A DNA stretch of 63,348 bases, counting the filler, from Ministeria vibrans ATCC 50519 (Eukaryota; Protista; Filasterea): NCBI GenBank assembly GCA_943704425.1. It is 6 parts of 6 records of this genome, joined end to end, with 100 filler letters (N's around TTAATTAATTAA, not from the genome) between each part and the next. Parts side by side here need not be neighbours in the genome. Positions count along the whole stretch, not along the records: positions 7,997 to 30,499 come from CALSCP010000904.1; 5 more parts are not named here. One strand, written 5' to 3'. Below are positions 10,653 through 27,291 of this stretch, piece after piece (position 1 is the first letter of the stretch; the number at the start of each line of letters is the position of its first letter). The position numbers and the translations under genes were made by a program. The notes under the pieces were generated by a model, which saw only the letters and a program-made list of their open reading frames with translations, was not told where the DNA came from and made no database searches.

Positions 10653-12148
10653 ATGGAGCTGGCACGTCGAGCGGCTATACGAAGGCGGGAGTCATATGAA
10701 GTGTTTCGGCTGCGCGAGGAGCGTGCAGCCACGGTGCGCGCACGACGACGTGAAAATGAGCAAGGCGCCAATGTGAGTTTCATCCAGGGCCACACACAGT
10801 CGCAGCGAGGTGTCGACTTCTCACCGACCTCCCCATACTTGCTCGCGTCGTGTGGCTACGATGGGCGCATCATGTTTCACGATGTGCGGCGGCAAGAACC
10901 TGAACCTGTCGGAAGTACCTTTCACAGTCGGAAACGATTCAACGCGGCTCGTTTCAACCAGGACGGTTCGCTGCTTGTCACCACGACCAAAGGGGGCCAG
11001 ATGTATGTGGTAGATGTGGCCACTCAGGCGTGTACGCATCTAGACGGAATCGAGGTGTACGAAGGACTCGATCGCACCGCACTTGCCGCTGTCGACGACA
11101 AGGTCTTCGCGTGTGTGACGCGACACGGCCGGGGCGTTTTACTCGTCGACATTCGCGTGCCCAACGTTGTTGCCATCTCCGAGAACATTCACGATGGAGC
11201 CATTCGAGATTTTCACATCCTCGAGCAGTCTTGGTGGAGCGCCGGCGAGCCTGCTCTGTTGACTGCCTCCGAAGATGGTACGGTGAAGGAAGTGCTGCTT
11301 GCGGGTGCAGCTAGGCTCACAGCTACACACAAGTTCAGCTGTGGAGTATCACTTTTTTCTCTTGCATGTACGCACGGCAGTCGTCAGACACCAGCACACA
11401 GCCTCGCCCAGCCATCCATGATTGCTTGTGGCACTGCAGACACTCGTATTGCGACATACTCAAGCGAGAGTGAACGTGTCACTTTCTCGAGTCGCCTTAA
11501 CGACTCACCCGACGCACCGCCCATCAATCCACTCTGGAAACTACGTTTCTCACAGTCCAACTCGACTCTGTACGCGGCAACCGACGATGGTTTTGTGCGC
11601 AGGTAAAAGACTCTTAATAGTATGTTATAATATGTTTGTATGTGTGGGTGTGTGTATGTGTGCTTAGTGTGTGCTTAGTATGTGTTTTTTTTTCTTCTTT
11701 TTTTTCTTCTTTTTTTTGTGCGTCTTTGTGGTGCGTGTGCGCTTTTGTGGGGTGTATGTGTGGGTTTGAATGTGAGACGAATGATTGTTGACGTTTTATT
11801 TTGTGCATAGTTTGAAGTGCCCTCGCAGCAAAAGTAGCACTTGGGGCGAGGCTGTGGCTTTGATGCGACACGAAAATGATGTGGAAGACATGGCGCTGTC
11901 ACGCAACGGAGACTTTCTCGCCACCGCATCAAAGGTACAAAGAGACAGAGAAAGTAACAAAGTGATACAGTCAGAGAGTCACTAGCTCAGTCGCACACAC
12001 ATATTTGGTCACTCGTTCCGTTTCTCTCTCTCGCTCGCCTACCCACACAGACACTGCTCAACACCCTTCATTCGTTTAGGACTCTTCTGTAGGTCTCATT
12101 GCTCTTTCTCAGATGAGAGGTAGCTCAGATCACTTTCAGCACGTCTGA
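10653..12148 (+). CDS. WD40-repeat protein, 3 exons
   Basis: GHTQSQRGVDFSP..LLASCGYDG; IHDGAIRD..LLTASEDGTV; HENDVEDMALSRNGDFLATASK|DSSV. Confidence 0.8.
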
Positions 12149-12383
12149 CTAGCTTCTTAAGATTTTTTTTTCTCGTTCTCTTCGTTTTTGTATGTAAATG
12201 AAACCATCATTTTTTGTATTATATTGTTCCTATGTTTTTGATGAGTGGAGAAATGGAAATGAACGGAAATGATTCGGATGAGACTCGCAATATTGGAAAG
12301 GAGAACGAACTAAAAGCTTGCGACTTATTCTAACAGAATGAACAAAAGAGAGAAAGGAGAAAAAATAGGAGAGAGGGAGAAAA

Positions 12384-12416
<33 letters not shown>

Positions 12417-12561
12417 AAGAGAGAAGAGAGAGAGGGAGGGAGAGAGTGTGTGTGGAGGGGTAAAAGAAACAAGATGATAGAGAAAGAGTTGGAGAAAGAA
12501 ACAAAGTGATAGATAGAGAGAGAAACAAAGTGATAGATAGAAGAGGAACAAAGTGATAGAA

Positions 12562-12652
<91 letters not shown>

Positions 12653-12681
12653 TGAGAAGGTGAGAGCGGAATCATGAATAT

Positions 12682-12934
12682 CTAAGACGTACGGTATGAG
12701 ACGGGAGGAAATGCATAAGGCGTAGGAATGAATTGAGGTTGATAAAACTGCTGCTGTTGTGGTTGTGGTTGCTGTTGAGAGTAAGAAGCATAGTAGGGGT
12801 GCTGGGGTTGTTGTTGTTGTGGTGATGGGTAGGCCATGTATACAGAGGGTGCCGCTCCGTATGCGACTGGGAAGGACTGTGCTGCGTATGGGTAGTGGAT
12901 TTCCTGCTGTTGCGGTGACTCTTGCAGAGACGAG

Positions 12935-12974
<40 letters not shown>

Positions 12975-15080
12975 GCTGTTGTTGTTGCTGCTGGTGATGG
13001 TATTGTAGGGCGGGGTCTTCGCTACACGCGCTGCCAATTGTGCTGAGTGACACGCTGTCGCCCAGTCGAGACGGTGTCGAGACGGGCGTGACAGTAGGGG
13101 CCATCATGATCATGTGCGGGACAGACTGCATGTACTGTGGCTGCGGCTGCTGCGGTGACTGCTGCAACGTCACTGACTGTTCAGAATGCAGTTGGGCCAC
13201 CTGTGATTGCTCATTTTGCTCCTGCTGATGCCGTTGGAACAGCTCCAGTTGCTTGAGATCATGCTGCTGACGCTGTTGGATTTGGTGCAGTTGAAAGTGC
13301 TGCAATTCCTTTTGACGTTGGCGCTGGATATCTTCGACTTGACGCTTTTGCAGCTCGCGGTGGTCGGGATAGGGACGGGGCGCCTGAGCATTGCGACGAC
13401 GCATCGGCGGCCCGAGTGCGCCCGTCGTACGTCGCTGATCGGCGTCCGGCACCACTGCTCCGTGCAAAGGCGCGCACGAATTGACCATGTGCCGTGCAGC
13501 ATGATGCTTCAGCTTGAAACGTTTCCCACAAAAGTTGCAGGCAAAAGGACGAACGCTGTAGAAAATAAATAAATAAATAAAACAACAACCAACAAAGAAA
13601 GAGGGAGCAAGTTAGAAAGCAAACATAAAACATTAATGATAAAAGAAGCCTTCTTACCCAGCGTGTGTATAAGCGTGTTTGTGGAAAGCAGACTTTTCAC
13701 GGAATGCCTTACCGCACAATTCGCAGGCAAAAGGTCGTTCGGGTGTGCCATACGTCACTTTGAAAGTAAGAGAACGGAAAAGAAAATATTAAAAGAGATG
13801 AGATAATTGTGAGAAAGCAAAGAGAAGCGTTCTGCAAACGACAGGAGGAGGGTTCTTTTGTTGGGGTGCACCCCCTCGACAGGCGATGTGCCGTGAAGAC
13901 GCAACACGACTCGGCAAAATAGATCGAGTTGGGCAAAAAAACGGGAAAACCGCAGAAGTGAGGTAAGGAAGAAGCGGGTGAAGGGGAGGCTGGGGGAGGT
14001 GCAGAGGGGATGCTGGGAATCATGGCAGACAGCCCCCGTAGGAGTGCTTGTTCACTTGGTTGGCGCGAAATGCGGAGAAGTGCGATAAAAAAAACGATAA
14101 GGAGTCGAACGAGATTCGCGAGATAAAAAAAAAGAAGCAACGAGTGGCAAAAACAAGGTCCAGGACTGCCACATACTGTCCAGTGTGACTGTTTGGTGCA
14201 ACGACGCGTTGAAAAGAGAGCGTAGGTGTGGGATAAGGTTGGAGATTGTGATGTTGGGGAAAGACTGCGGAGGCGCCGTTCCGCAAGGGAGGTTGACGAG
14301 TCTGAAAGGGTCCTCCACTACAACGTGTCGCCGTCGGTTGTGACGAATATGGCGCAGGGAATTTCCAAGTCAGGTGGGAGTTACAACTGCAAGGAGGAAA
14401 TTTTTTTTCTTCGAACAAAGAGCGAAAACGCTCGAGAAAAAACGGAATGGGTTGGGAAAGCGGTGCGGCATACGCGTATATAAGAGATTCGAGCAGGCGG
14501 GTGTGGAATGAGCGCGAGGAAGCGAGCGGTGGGAAAGGAAAGGAAGGTCACAGAAGGAAAAAAACGATAAAAAAAAACCATGCCAAAAAGTACACGGGGC
14601 GAGAGAAGCGACGAGGGCAGAGGCACATGGACACATACCTCCAGGCAATGGGCGGCGTTGGGATTCGTCGTCGACGCGCGTTGGCTCGAGCAGGTCGACT
14701 ATAGCGCTCGGACTCAATGTGCGCGCCTGAGACACGGTGAGACCCTCTACTGGACGCTGAACAGGAGCTGCTGCGGCAGAGAATAACGCTGTCTGGGAAG
14801 TTGAGGGAGTTGGCCGGGTGGACAGGGAAGTTGGCGATTCCGATTCCTTTCGTGTTGTCGTCGGCACACCCTTGTCATCGTCGTCTTCCTCCTCTTCCTC
14901 TTCCTCATCGTCCTCTTCGTCGTCACTGGGGCGATAGTCGGCGTCATCGCGGTCCTTCTTCAGCGAAGTAGGTGCCTTTTTCGTTCCGTCGGAAGTCTGC
15001 GAAGAAACGTCCACCTCGACTTGTCGACGTGCTTTGCTTTCTACACCTGTCGGAGGGTGAGTAATGGGTTCGGAGTCCAT
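12682..15080 (-). CDS. C2H2 zinc-finger transcription factor with acidic N-terminus and polyQ C-terminus (exons about 15080-14639, 13758-13659, 13556-12682)
   Basis: Spliced ERPFACELCGKAFREKSAFHKHAYTHAG|VRPFACNFCGKRFKLKHHAARHMVNSC. The first finger is missing from the ORF track. PolyQ is encoded by CAA/CAG. Confidence 0.85.
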
Positions 15081-15499
15081 GTTAATGGCGACGAAGATCG
15101 AGAAACGGAAGTGGTCAAGTGGTGATGAGTCGGGGACTCTCAGAGGAAAAGATTTTTTCGTCGCATATTTGGTTCGCATGACTCAATTCGAAAAATTTCA
15201 CTTCCCCCATTGTGGCAGAAGCTGGACTGCCCATGGGTCCCGCTTGGCTGAAATACCCTACTCCCTCTCGCTTGCACCGTCGACGTCTCACGTCTGCTGC
15301 GATGCGGATCTCTTCTTGCCGTTCTCTTTCGGTGGCGCGAGCGAGGAGATAATAGGGCGATAATGCGATTAGGATAAAAAAAAAGCAACGTGGGCGATAA
15401 CCGAACTGATAACCAAACGCAAAGCGTATATGTGCTCTAATGGCGCAAGGGGGCACTTCCAACGCCAGCCACAGCGAGCCACAGAGGCATACAACAGAA

Positions 15500-18149
15500 T
15501 CACGCGTGCGGTAGGGAGATGAGTTCCTCTCTTAGATGGTAAAACTGAAGTCTGAAAAGAAAAAAGGAAACAGTTCAATTTCATATACCCCTTTGCAGTT
15601 CGCACGAGCGACACGACATGTAGTATGGCATTGGGGTATTGGTGTGTATTATCAATAGGTCTTGTTGTACAGGCGTGTCTTGTTTCCAGACGCGTCATGG
15701 AAGTTCAGCGGCATTTACCAACTGCTGCGCGAGCGACGGGCCCTTCTGCTTCGCTGCCGAGTCCCTCTTGTAGTCCACAAGCCACTGAATGGCACATAAT
15801 AAGGGAGAGTGGCATGAGAAACAAAGCGCGGAGGCACACACATAAAAACAAACACACGATTTTTTTTTTTTTTTTTTTTTGCTGTTGTTGGTAAAATACA
15901 TTGTTATGGTGTATCTTACGTCTGGCATGCTCTTCTTGACAGTCTCGCGTCTTTGTGCGGTTTTGACAACAAAGTCATTGTCGACACTGAGTCTGCGACC
16001 GGGCACGGAATTGTAGTTGTGTCGACTACCCTGGCGACGCATAGGCAAGGACGGAGGCGAGAGACGATTGTCACTCTCGAGGGCGCAAGCGGAGTCGTCA
16101 GTAGTGGTGTGGGGGCGACTGGTCGCAGGCACACTGCGCATACGTGCAATCGGATTGTGTGCTTCTTCAGACGACGAGCCCATGGGCACGTCGCTGAGAG
16201 TGCGCAACGCTGCAGCATGCTCGGGGCTGTCCACTGACAAGTGGCCATTGGTGACCGTTGACGAGGCGTCGCTAATCGGCGATGATGCTGCCTTCTTCTT
16301 GTTCTTGCGCTTCGACGAAGGGGACACCGCCGCCGCAGTGGTGCTGTGGGTTGTTACTGTGCCCATCGACTTGGACGGTGAAGAGTTCACCGACACCTTG
16401 ATTTGCGGGTGTGGACGGGCCGGCATCGACTGTATTCGCTCCGCCTTCTTCGCTTCCTTCTTTGCCTGCTTCTCTTCCCTTTTGCGCTCCTTCTTCGCAC
16501 GCGACGGCGGCGACGTCGATTCACCCAGCTTCGCCGGTACCTTGAGCGTGTGATACGTCAATCGCTTGTGCGACAGCTGCCGCATAAACGCCCCCTTTTC
16601 GTCAATGTCTTGGGTCTCAATCTTCGTCGTGGCACCCTCGTTGCCCGTCACCCGAAAGAACAGCGTCCCGTCTGCCTGCCGTAAGCTGACATCATGATAA
16701 AAAATTGTGCAAAAAACAACGAGTACAAACACCCTGGTTAGAGCTTCCGTGTCCATCTCCCTCCCTCTGCGAGTCTCTCTCTAACTTTGTTTCTTGTTTC
16801 TTTCACCCTCCTTTCTCTCCCTCTATCATTTTGGTTCTTTCTCTCCCTCTATCACTTAGTTTCGTTTGCCCTCCTTTCTCTCCCTCTCCCTCTCTCCCCC
16901 TCCCCTCTATATATATATGTCTGTCTGTCAGTCATATCTTATATATTACCTTGCGAGCGCGTTAATGTCTCGAAACTGGTAGGGTTTCAGGTCTGTCGAG
17001 AAGCACGATTCGATCAGTGGCTTCAGTCCCGTCTCCCACTCGTCCTCGTCAACGCACCCGTCCGGAAACAGCATATCGTTGTTGTGGTCCACAATCTGAG
17101 ACAGATCCTCGCGGGTACGGAACACGCATCCGCGTGCTTTGGCCGCATATATCCCTTCCAATACCTTTTCAGACAAACAGTGACACACACCAAAACAAAA
17201 CAAGAGTTATTCGACAGTATGCGCTCTCATTGACCAAGCCCTCGCGGCAAAATATCCATGAAAATGCACTCTACAGCGCGTACAGATGGTCGCGGAGATA
17301 GGGCGAGGGTGCTTTGACAGTGATTGCGAGAGACAACAAACAAACAAAAAAAAAGAACAGAAGCACCATTTTCCATCGGACTCAAGTATGAGACACACGG
17401 GTGCCTCACGCGCAACACAGACATGAGTACAAACGTAAAAATCTGTGTTTAGTGCACGCATGCAAGACGCGGCGTGGTTTGCGCCGCCTAAGGGCCTCAA
17501 AACGATTCAGGCCAGAATAGGAGGCGGTGTCATCTTTTTTTTTTTTTTTTCTATTTCCTTTGCCACTCGTAGAGCACCAGCGGAACTGAGAGCAGGCATG
17601 GAATAGAACAATACTATCCGGCAGCACTCAAAAGTTCGCACGAGACGCCGCAAGAGGCGCTGGAAGGGTGTGCGCAGAGGATCATGTCACAACCGAAAAA
17701 ATGACGACGGACAAGAAAAACCGGCCAAAATGCGTATCGGGGAGCGTCCCAACCATCCCGATCTTAAGAAAAGCAAAGTACACATCGGGGGGAGTGGTCA
17801 CGGGGGAAGGAAAAAGACGCGCAAGGGCAGATTGGTACAGAAAAAGTCAGTTCAAAAATAACTTGCGGGGGGGGGGGAAGGACGGGTTGGAGAGGACGCA
17901 GCGCAGGGCCACAGAGGCCATTCGGCACGGTCCATTCAACACAGACACACGGGGGGCCAGACGACTAGTAGCAGACAGACTCTCTCAGCAGCTTACGGGA
18001 ACGATAAGCTTGATGAAACGTTCGCGCGACATTCGTTCCGCCTTCAGTTTTGCCTTGACATCCGACACCGACAGAACCCTCTCTTCCATCCCACCCGCTT
18101 CGCCCCTCCCACCCGCTTCGTCCACGTGCTTGCTCTTTTTTGCACCCAT
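15500..18149 (-). CDS. Multi-exon protein of unknown function with N-myristoylation motif; 3' end approximate
   Basis: First exon MGAKKSKHVDE...FIKLIVP|GTAAGC joins in phase to VLEGIYAAKARG.... A later exon is K/S-rich and low-complexity. Confidence 0.55.
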
Positions 18150-18344
18150 GTCGTAAAAAAAAAAAATGGATTTAAAATTTATATTTTATTCAGATTTGAT
18201 TTATATTTCTCACATCACACCCTTCTCACCTACCTTGGCCGTTTTTTCACGTTGACCTTGATACTTCGCAGTGTCTCTAAAGTCTAATATCTCCACCTCC
18301 CCCTCTTTATCTCCACCTCGTCCCATTTTCCGTTCGATTGCTTC

Positions 18345-19392
18345 ATGTCAAGTGAGCCCTCCAGCACGGAAGTGTCGACTGTGTCGCGTGTGCGCTCCTC
18401 GCGCGTGATTATCAAGAACCTTCCCAAGCACGTGAACGAGGCGCGCGTTCGCGAACACTTTTCCAAGGCCAACGTGCCGCTGCATGTCACCGACGTCAAG
18501 CTGGCCTACTCCAAAAATGGAGCGTTTCGCCGCTTTGCCTTTGTCGGCTACAAGAACGGCGACGAGGCCGCCGCGGCCGCCGCACACTTCAAGGTATTGC
18601 TCTCATGCTCCCCTCCTACACTTGCTGCGGCACTTTCGCGGGCGTTTTCTTACACGTGTTGCGCATATAGAGCACGTTTATGGATACGTCGCGCATTGAC
18701 ATTGATGTCGCGTTGCCCCTCAACGATCAAAGCATTCCACGCGCCTGGAGCAAGTACACCGAGGGTACGTCGGCGGCACGGGAACGTACAGAGACGCGCG
18801 ACGAGGCCAAAAAGAAGCACCAAGAGGAGGCGGAAGAGGAGGTGCGCAAGCGCAAGGAGCGCAAGGCGAAGCGCAAGCGCAACGACGATCCGCTCCAGAG
18901 CGACCCAGAGTTTGCCGAATTTGCGTCCGTAATGAAGTCTCGCACCGCTGTCCCTACGTGGTCCAACGATGACGTTACGCTTTCGAGTGCTGCACCAGCG
19001 TCAAAGCGCGGTCGTGTCGAGTCGTCGGCGGACAACTTGAACGAGCTATTTGACAACTCGGAGGGCCTCGGTGCTGGCGCAGGTGGTACCGGTGGCAGCA
19101 ACCACAATGTCGTCGACGACGACGATGATGATGCCTACGATGACACTCTTGTGAAAAAGGGCGAGTCGTCCTTGGCAAAGAAGAACAAGAAGATGCGCGA
19201 AAGCGGCGCAGAGAAGAGTGACGATGAGGATGACGAAGAGATGGGAATGCGCGCCAAGAACGCACACAACCCTGCCTTGTCTGACATGGACTATCTTCGT
19301 TCGAAAATGGCACCAATTGACAAAGGTGATGCCAATGTTGACCATGATGACGACGGTGATACGTCGATGGACGAGAGGAAAGATGACCACGA

Positions 19393-19425
<33 letters not shown>

Positions 19426-21707
19426 TGATGATGATGATGATGATGATGATGAGGAGGAGGAGGAGGAGGAGGGCAAGGAAGGTCAAGGGGAGAAGGAGGC
19501 GACGGACGAGATGGGCTCGGGCAAGGCACAGCAGTGGAGACAGACGCCCGCTGAGGAGAGCATTGCTGAGACGGGCCGTTTGTTTCTGCGCAATCTCTCG
19601 TATGACTGTAGCGAAGAGGATCTTCAGTCGCTCTTTGCACCGTTTGGACCCGTCAGCGAAGTGCACCTGTCGGTCGACAAGGAGACAAAAAAACCCATTG
19701 GCATTGCCTTTGTGCTCTTTCTCATGCCGCAACATGCAGTCGAGGCCTACCAGCAGCTCGACGGAGCCTCATTTCAGGTATACAAATGCACCGACGAGTC
19801 TTGACATTTGTGACGATGGGCTGAAGGTTTCATTACTAATAATTATTTTTGGTTTTCTTTCTAGGGTCGTCTGTTGCACATTCTGCCTAGTCGTCCTGCA
19901 CCGCACAGCGAAAGTGCCACCAAGTCAGCTAGTGCGACTAGTGCGAGTGGATCATCATCGTACAAACGCGAACAGGAAGAGGTAAAAATAACACTACGTC
20001 GCAGCGCACTCCTCATAAACGACTCGCCACCTTTTGCAGAAACGGAGGAGCAACCCCAACGACACTCATGCGTGGAACACACTGTTCATCGGCAGCAACA
20101 CCGCCACGGAGGCCATGGCTGAGCGACTGGGCGTGCGCAAGACTGACCTGCTTGACCCTTCGGCGCGCGACTCGATGGCGGTGCGTGTCGCGCTCAGCGA
20201 GACTCAAATTATAGCCGGTAATTTTAATTATAATAATAATTTATCAATTTTATAATAGTACTAATTTTATTTCATTTTTACTGTATATTAGAGACGAAAC
20301 AATATTTGGAGGAACAGGGAGTGCATTTGGATGCGTTTGTGACAGGTCAAAAGATCAAACGGAGCAAAACTGTCATGCTTGCAAAGAATATTCCTTACTC
20401 GACAACGGAAGGTATGCAAGAGAGGATAGAGAGAACAAAGTGTGTGTATGTGTGTGTGTGTTTATCATCCTGAAAATGACACACGCGTGAACGAAAACTT
20501 AGACGATCTGCGGGAGCGGTTTGGACGATTTGGTAAGATTGAGCGGGTGGTGTTGCCGCCGACACGGGCAGCGGCATTGGTGGAGTATGCGCATGGGAAT
20601 GAAGCCAAGGCGGCCTTCCGCGCACTGGCCTACACCAAGTTCAAAAATGTGCCGCTGTACCTTGAGTGGGCGCCACAGAGTGCACTGAACACGAAGAAGA
20701 AGGAGGGAGACAAGGAGGGCGGTGAAGAGGAAGGAACTGCTGCTGCTGCTGCTGCTGCTGCTGCGACTGAGAGTGATAGCACTGTGTTTGTGAAGAATCT
20801 GTCGTTTGACACGAGCGACGAGAGTCTGCGTGAATTTATGGCGCATCACGGGACGCTCAAGTTGCGCTCGTGCACTGTGTCGCGTAAACGTCGCGTGCGT
20901 GGCACCGAAAATCAGCTTCTCTCGATGGGCTTTGGCTTTGCCGAGTACCACCGCGCCGAAGATGCACGCAAGGCCATTGCGATGCTACAAGGGCGCATGC
21001 TTGATGGCCACGCGCTTGTCCTCAAGCCCAGTCGCGCCACTCGCGACACAGCCGAAGTCACAACGGTGTCGGCTGTCGCTGCCAAGATTAAAGAGAAGAT
21101 TGCGGGTAGCGCTGTCAAGTCCGAAAAGAGTACGCATGGCATGATGTGTATGATTTATGACTAATTATTATTCATTTTTGGCGTGTGTTTGTGTTTTCTT
21201 CGTGTGTTTGTGTTTTCTTCTCGTCTTCCAGGTACAAAGCTCATGGTGCGGAATGTGCCGTTTGAAGCAAGCAAGCACGAGCTGCGTGACCTGTTTCACA
21301 CCTTTGGTGAAGTCAAAAGTCTGCGCATTCCTCGCAAAGCGGACGGCGCTCATCGTGGCTTTGCCTTTGTGGTACGACTGTTAACCCCAAGAGGGTCACT
21401 TGGTCAATCGTGAGATTGCCAACAGGCNNNNNNNNNNNNNNNNNNNNNNNNNNNNNNNNNNNNNNNNNNNNNNNNNNNNNNNNNNNNNNNNNNNNNNNNN
21501 NNTCTTTTTTTTTTTTTTTTTTTCTTTTTTTTTGTCTTTGCGTCAGCTTTTTTCCTCACACTACTTCTCTTTGTACCTATTCTCACTTGACAGAGTGTTG
21601 AGCGACGGATGAAGCAGGCGGGTGTGTCTGTGTCGGGCCCAGCGACCACTAAACGCGGGAAGAAGATTTCTCAGGATGATTTTATGGCCGCAATTCAAGA
21701 AAAGTGA
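18345..21707 (+). CDS. RBM19: Multiple-RRM ribosome biogenesis protein RBM19/MRD1
   Basis: SRVIIKNLP..RRFAFVGY; ETGRLFLRNL; WNTLF; AVRVALSETQII; AFRALAYTKFKNVPLYLEWAP; LSMGFGFAEY; KLMVRNVPFEA. N-gap at 21428-21502. Confidence 0.93.
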
Positions 21708-21809
21708 CTCTCTTGGACTGACTGACTTGTAGTGTAGTATGAAATTTCGTTTCATTAGACAAAAACAATAAATAATTAATAAAGAGGAGAGATAGGAAGG
21801 AAAGGGGTT

Positions 21810-25237
<3,428 letters not shown>

Positions 25238-25586
25238 TTTGGACTAAATTGAGAAAAAGAAAAAAAAATGATTATTGATTAATGATCACGCCACTGTGGT
25301 CTCTGAGACTGTGGCTTGGATAAGAGGCGACTGAATAGAGGGAAGAGGTTAGCCGTTAGGACTTAGAGGAGTAAGAGGACCAAGAGATTGGAGAACACCC
25401 GGCGTTTCCTTACAAGAATATAATATTAATAAAAAAAAATCTTATCTTTTGGACATTTGTTATTGGCTGCAGATAAGGGAGAGAAAAAAAAAAGGAGTGA
25501 GGTTCACATGTACAAATCGGGATTCGGTTCATGTGAGGCCTGTCAGTTGCCGATCTGACCAGACATTTTCACCTATTAGTATTAGA
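25238..25586. promoter_or_regulatory. Putative bidirectional promoter between GFAT and the UDP-HexNAc dehydrogenase
   Basis: 349-bp spacer between divergent ATGs. AT-rich core and a CGG-N4-CGG at 25518-25527. Confidence 0.4.
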
Positions 25587-26960
25587 ATGGACACTGTTGC
25601 AGTTGTTGGCCTTGGGCAGGTGGGTTATCGCGTGGCGATTGCGTTTGCCGAGGCAGGAATGTCTGTTATCGGTCTCGATGTGAACACGACGGTTGTCGAT
25701 ACAATCAACCGCGGCGAATGCCCCCACGACGACCATCTGTTGCCCAGAGAGCTGAGCGCAGGCGTGCGCGAGAAATTCTCGGCATATCACGATGCGGCGA
25801 AAGTTCCGTGGATGGACGTGCATGCTGTTCTGCTTGCAGTCCCCACCCCCGTGTCGCACAACAAGGAGCCCGACGTGGGCATTGTGCGCCTTGCCGCGTC
25901 GAGCGTGCTGAGGAACATTCCTCGCGGCAAAGCACTGCCTATCGTGCTTGAGAGCACCGTTTTTCCTGGAGCCACGCGCGGCCTATTTCGCTCCCTCCTT
26001 ACCGAGTTTAAGCTCGAAAATGGCCGCGACGTGATTATCGCTCACTGCCCCGAGCGCGTCAACCCAGGCGACAGCGTCAACACGGTGCAGACCACTAGTC
26101 GCGTGATTGGCTGCGACGACGCCGAGGTCGGCGATCGTCTCGTGGAAATGTACCGTCGGATCACGACGGGCCAAGTTTTGCGCGTAAGCTCGATCGAGGT
26201 CGCCGAGACCTCCAAGGTCGTCGAGAATGCCCAGCGAGCCGTCAATATTGCCTTTGTCAACGAACTCAGCCGATCGCTGCCGCTGCTGGGGCTCGACGCG
26301 GACGAGGTGCTGCGTGCGTCCGGCACCAAGTGGAACTTCCACAAGTACAAGCCGGGCGTGGGCGTCGGCGGCCACTGCATTGCCGTCGACCCTCACTTCC
26401 TCGTGCACTGCTTCTCGCGTGCGGGCGTACCCCCAGACCTGCTCACAGGCGCGCTCTCCATCAACTCGTCCCAGCCCGAATACGTCGGCTCAACCATTGT
26501 CGAATACTTCAACGCGGTTGCCAGCGCGCCCAAGGCAGCGCGCCCCACTGCCCTCGTCCTGGGCCACACCTACAAGCCCAACGTGGGCGACTACCGTGCC
26601 GCGCCCGCCGAAGGCCTCTCGACGCGTCTCACCTCACAAGGTTGGCACGTCATTGGCCATGACCCCTACGCGCCCGCCTCCGACTTTGAAGCCGCTCGCT
26701 CCCTCTCGTGGATCTCGTCGATCACACGAAGCCTGGATGCCGCGACACTGGCGCCTCTCAAGATTGACATTATTATCTTGTGCGTGCCTCACACCGAGTA
26801 CTTCAGCCTCGACTGGGTGGCCCTGCGTGCCGTCGTCAACACGCCGCTCGTCTTTGACGCCCAGCGCGTTCTGGACACCGCCGCCATCAAGGCTGCCGGC
26901 TTCCAGGTCGGGGCTCTCGGCAAGCCTGTCCTCGACAACCCCCCCAGTGGTTTTGATTAG
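25587..26960 (+). CDS. Nucleotide-sugar 6-dehydrogenase, prokaryotic WbpA/WecC/TviB (UDP-GlcNAc/ManNAc/GalNAc) type, intronless
   Basis: VVGLGQVG Rossmann motif; AVPTP; ESTVFPGAT; HCPERVNPG; AETSKVVENAQRAVNIAFVNE; GTKWNF..PGVGVGGHCIAVDP (catalytic Cys); LGHTYKPNVGDYR; FDAQRV. Confidence 0.93.
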   Translation: MDTVAVVGLGQVGYRVAIAFAEAGMSVIGLDVNTTVVDTINRGECPHDDHLLPRELSAGVREKFSAYHDAAKVPWMDVHAVLLAVPTPVSHNKEPDVGIVRLAASSVLRNIPRGKALPIVLESTVFPGATRGLFRSLLTEFKLENGRDVIIAHCPERVNPGDSVNTVQTTSRVIGCDDAEVGDRLVEMYRRITTGQVLRVSSIEVAETSKVVENAQRAVNIAFVNELSRSLPLLGLDADEVLRASGTKWNFHKYKPGVGVGGHCIAVDPHFLVHCFSRAGVPPDLLTGALSINSSQPEYVGSTIVEYFNAVASAPKAARPTALVLGHTYKPNVGDYRAAPAEGLSTRLTSQGWHVIGHDPYAPASDFEAARSLSWISSITRSLDAATLAPLKIDIIILCVPHTEYFSLDWVALRAVVNTPLVFDAQRVLDTAAIKAAGFQVGALGKPVLDNPPSGFD

Positions 26961-27100
26961 CCTTTTAAATTAATGTGCATGAAAAAACATAATTTTTTCT
27001 TCAATTTTGCATGTTACAGAATAGAATAGTGGAGAAAGGAAAGGAGAGAGGATAAAGAAACAAGTGATAGAGAGAGAGAGAGAAAGAAATAAAGTGATAC

Positions 27101-27187
<87 letters not shown>

Positions 27188-27291
27188 GGAGAAAGAAACA
27201 AAGTGATAGAGAGGAGAACGAAACAAAGTAATAGAGAGAGAAGAGATGAAAATGATAAAGTGAGGTGTTCAACGAGAGTAGGACTCTCTAC

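Noticed and set aside
12230-12675. Many LSLSLS/ERERER ORFs here and elsewhere (24398, 26970, 40580, 59975, 62138)
   Set aside because: Translations of GA/CT microsatellites in introns or intergenic DNA.
14340-14390. Apparent in-frame TGA suggesting recoding in the zinc-finger gene
   Set aside because: The region lies inside a roughly 880-nt intron; the 14639 donor joins in phase to the exon at 13758. Other genes use TGA, TAA and TAG as normal stops.
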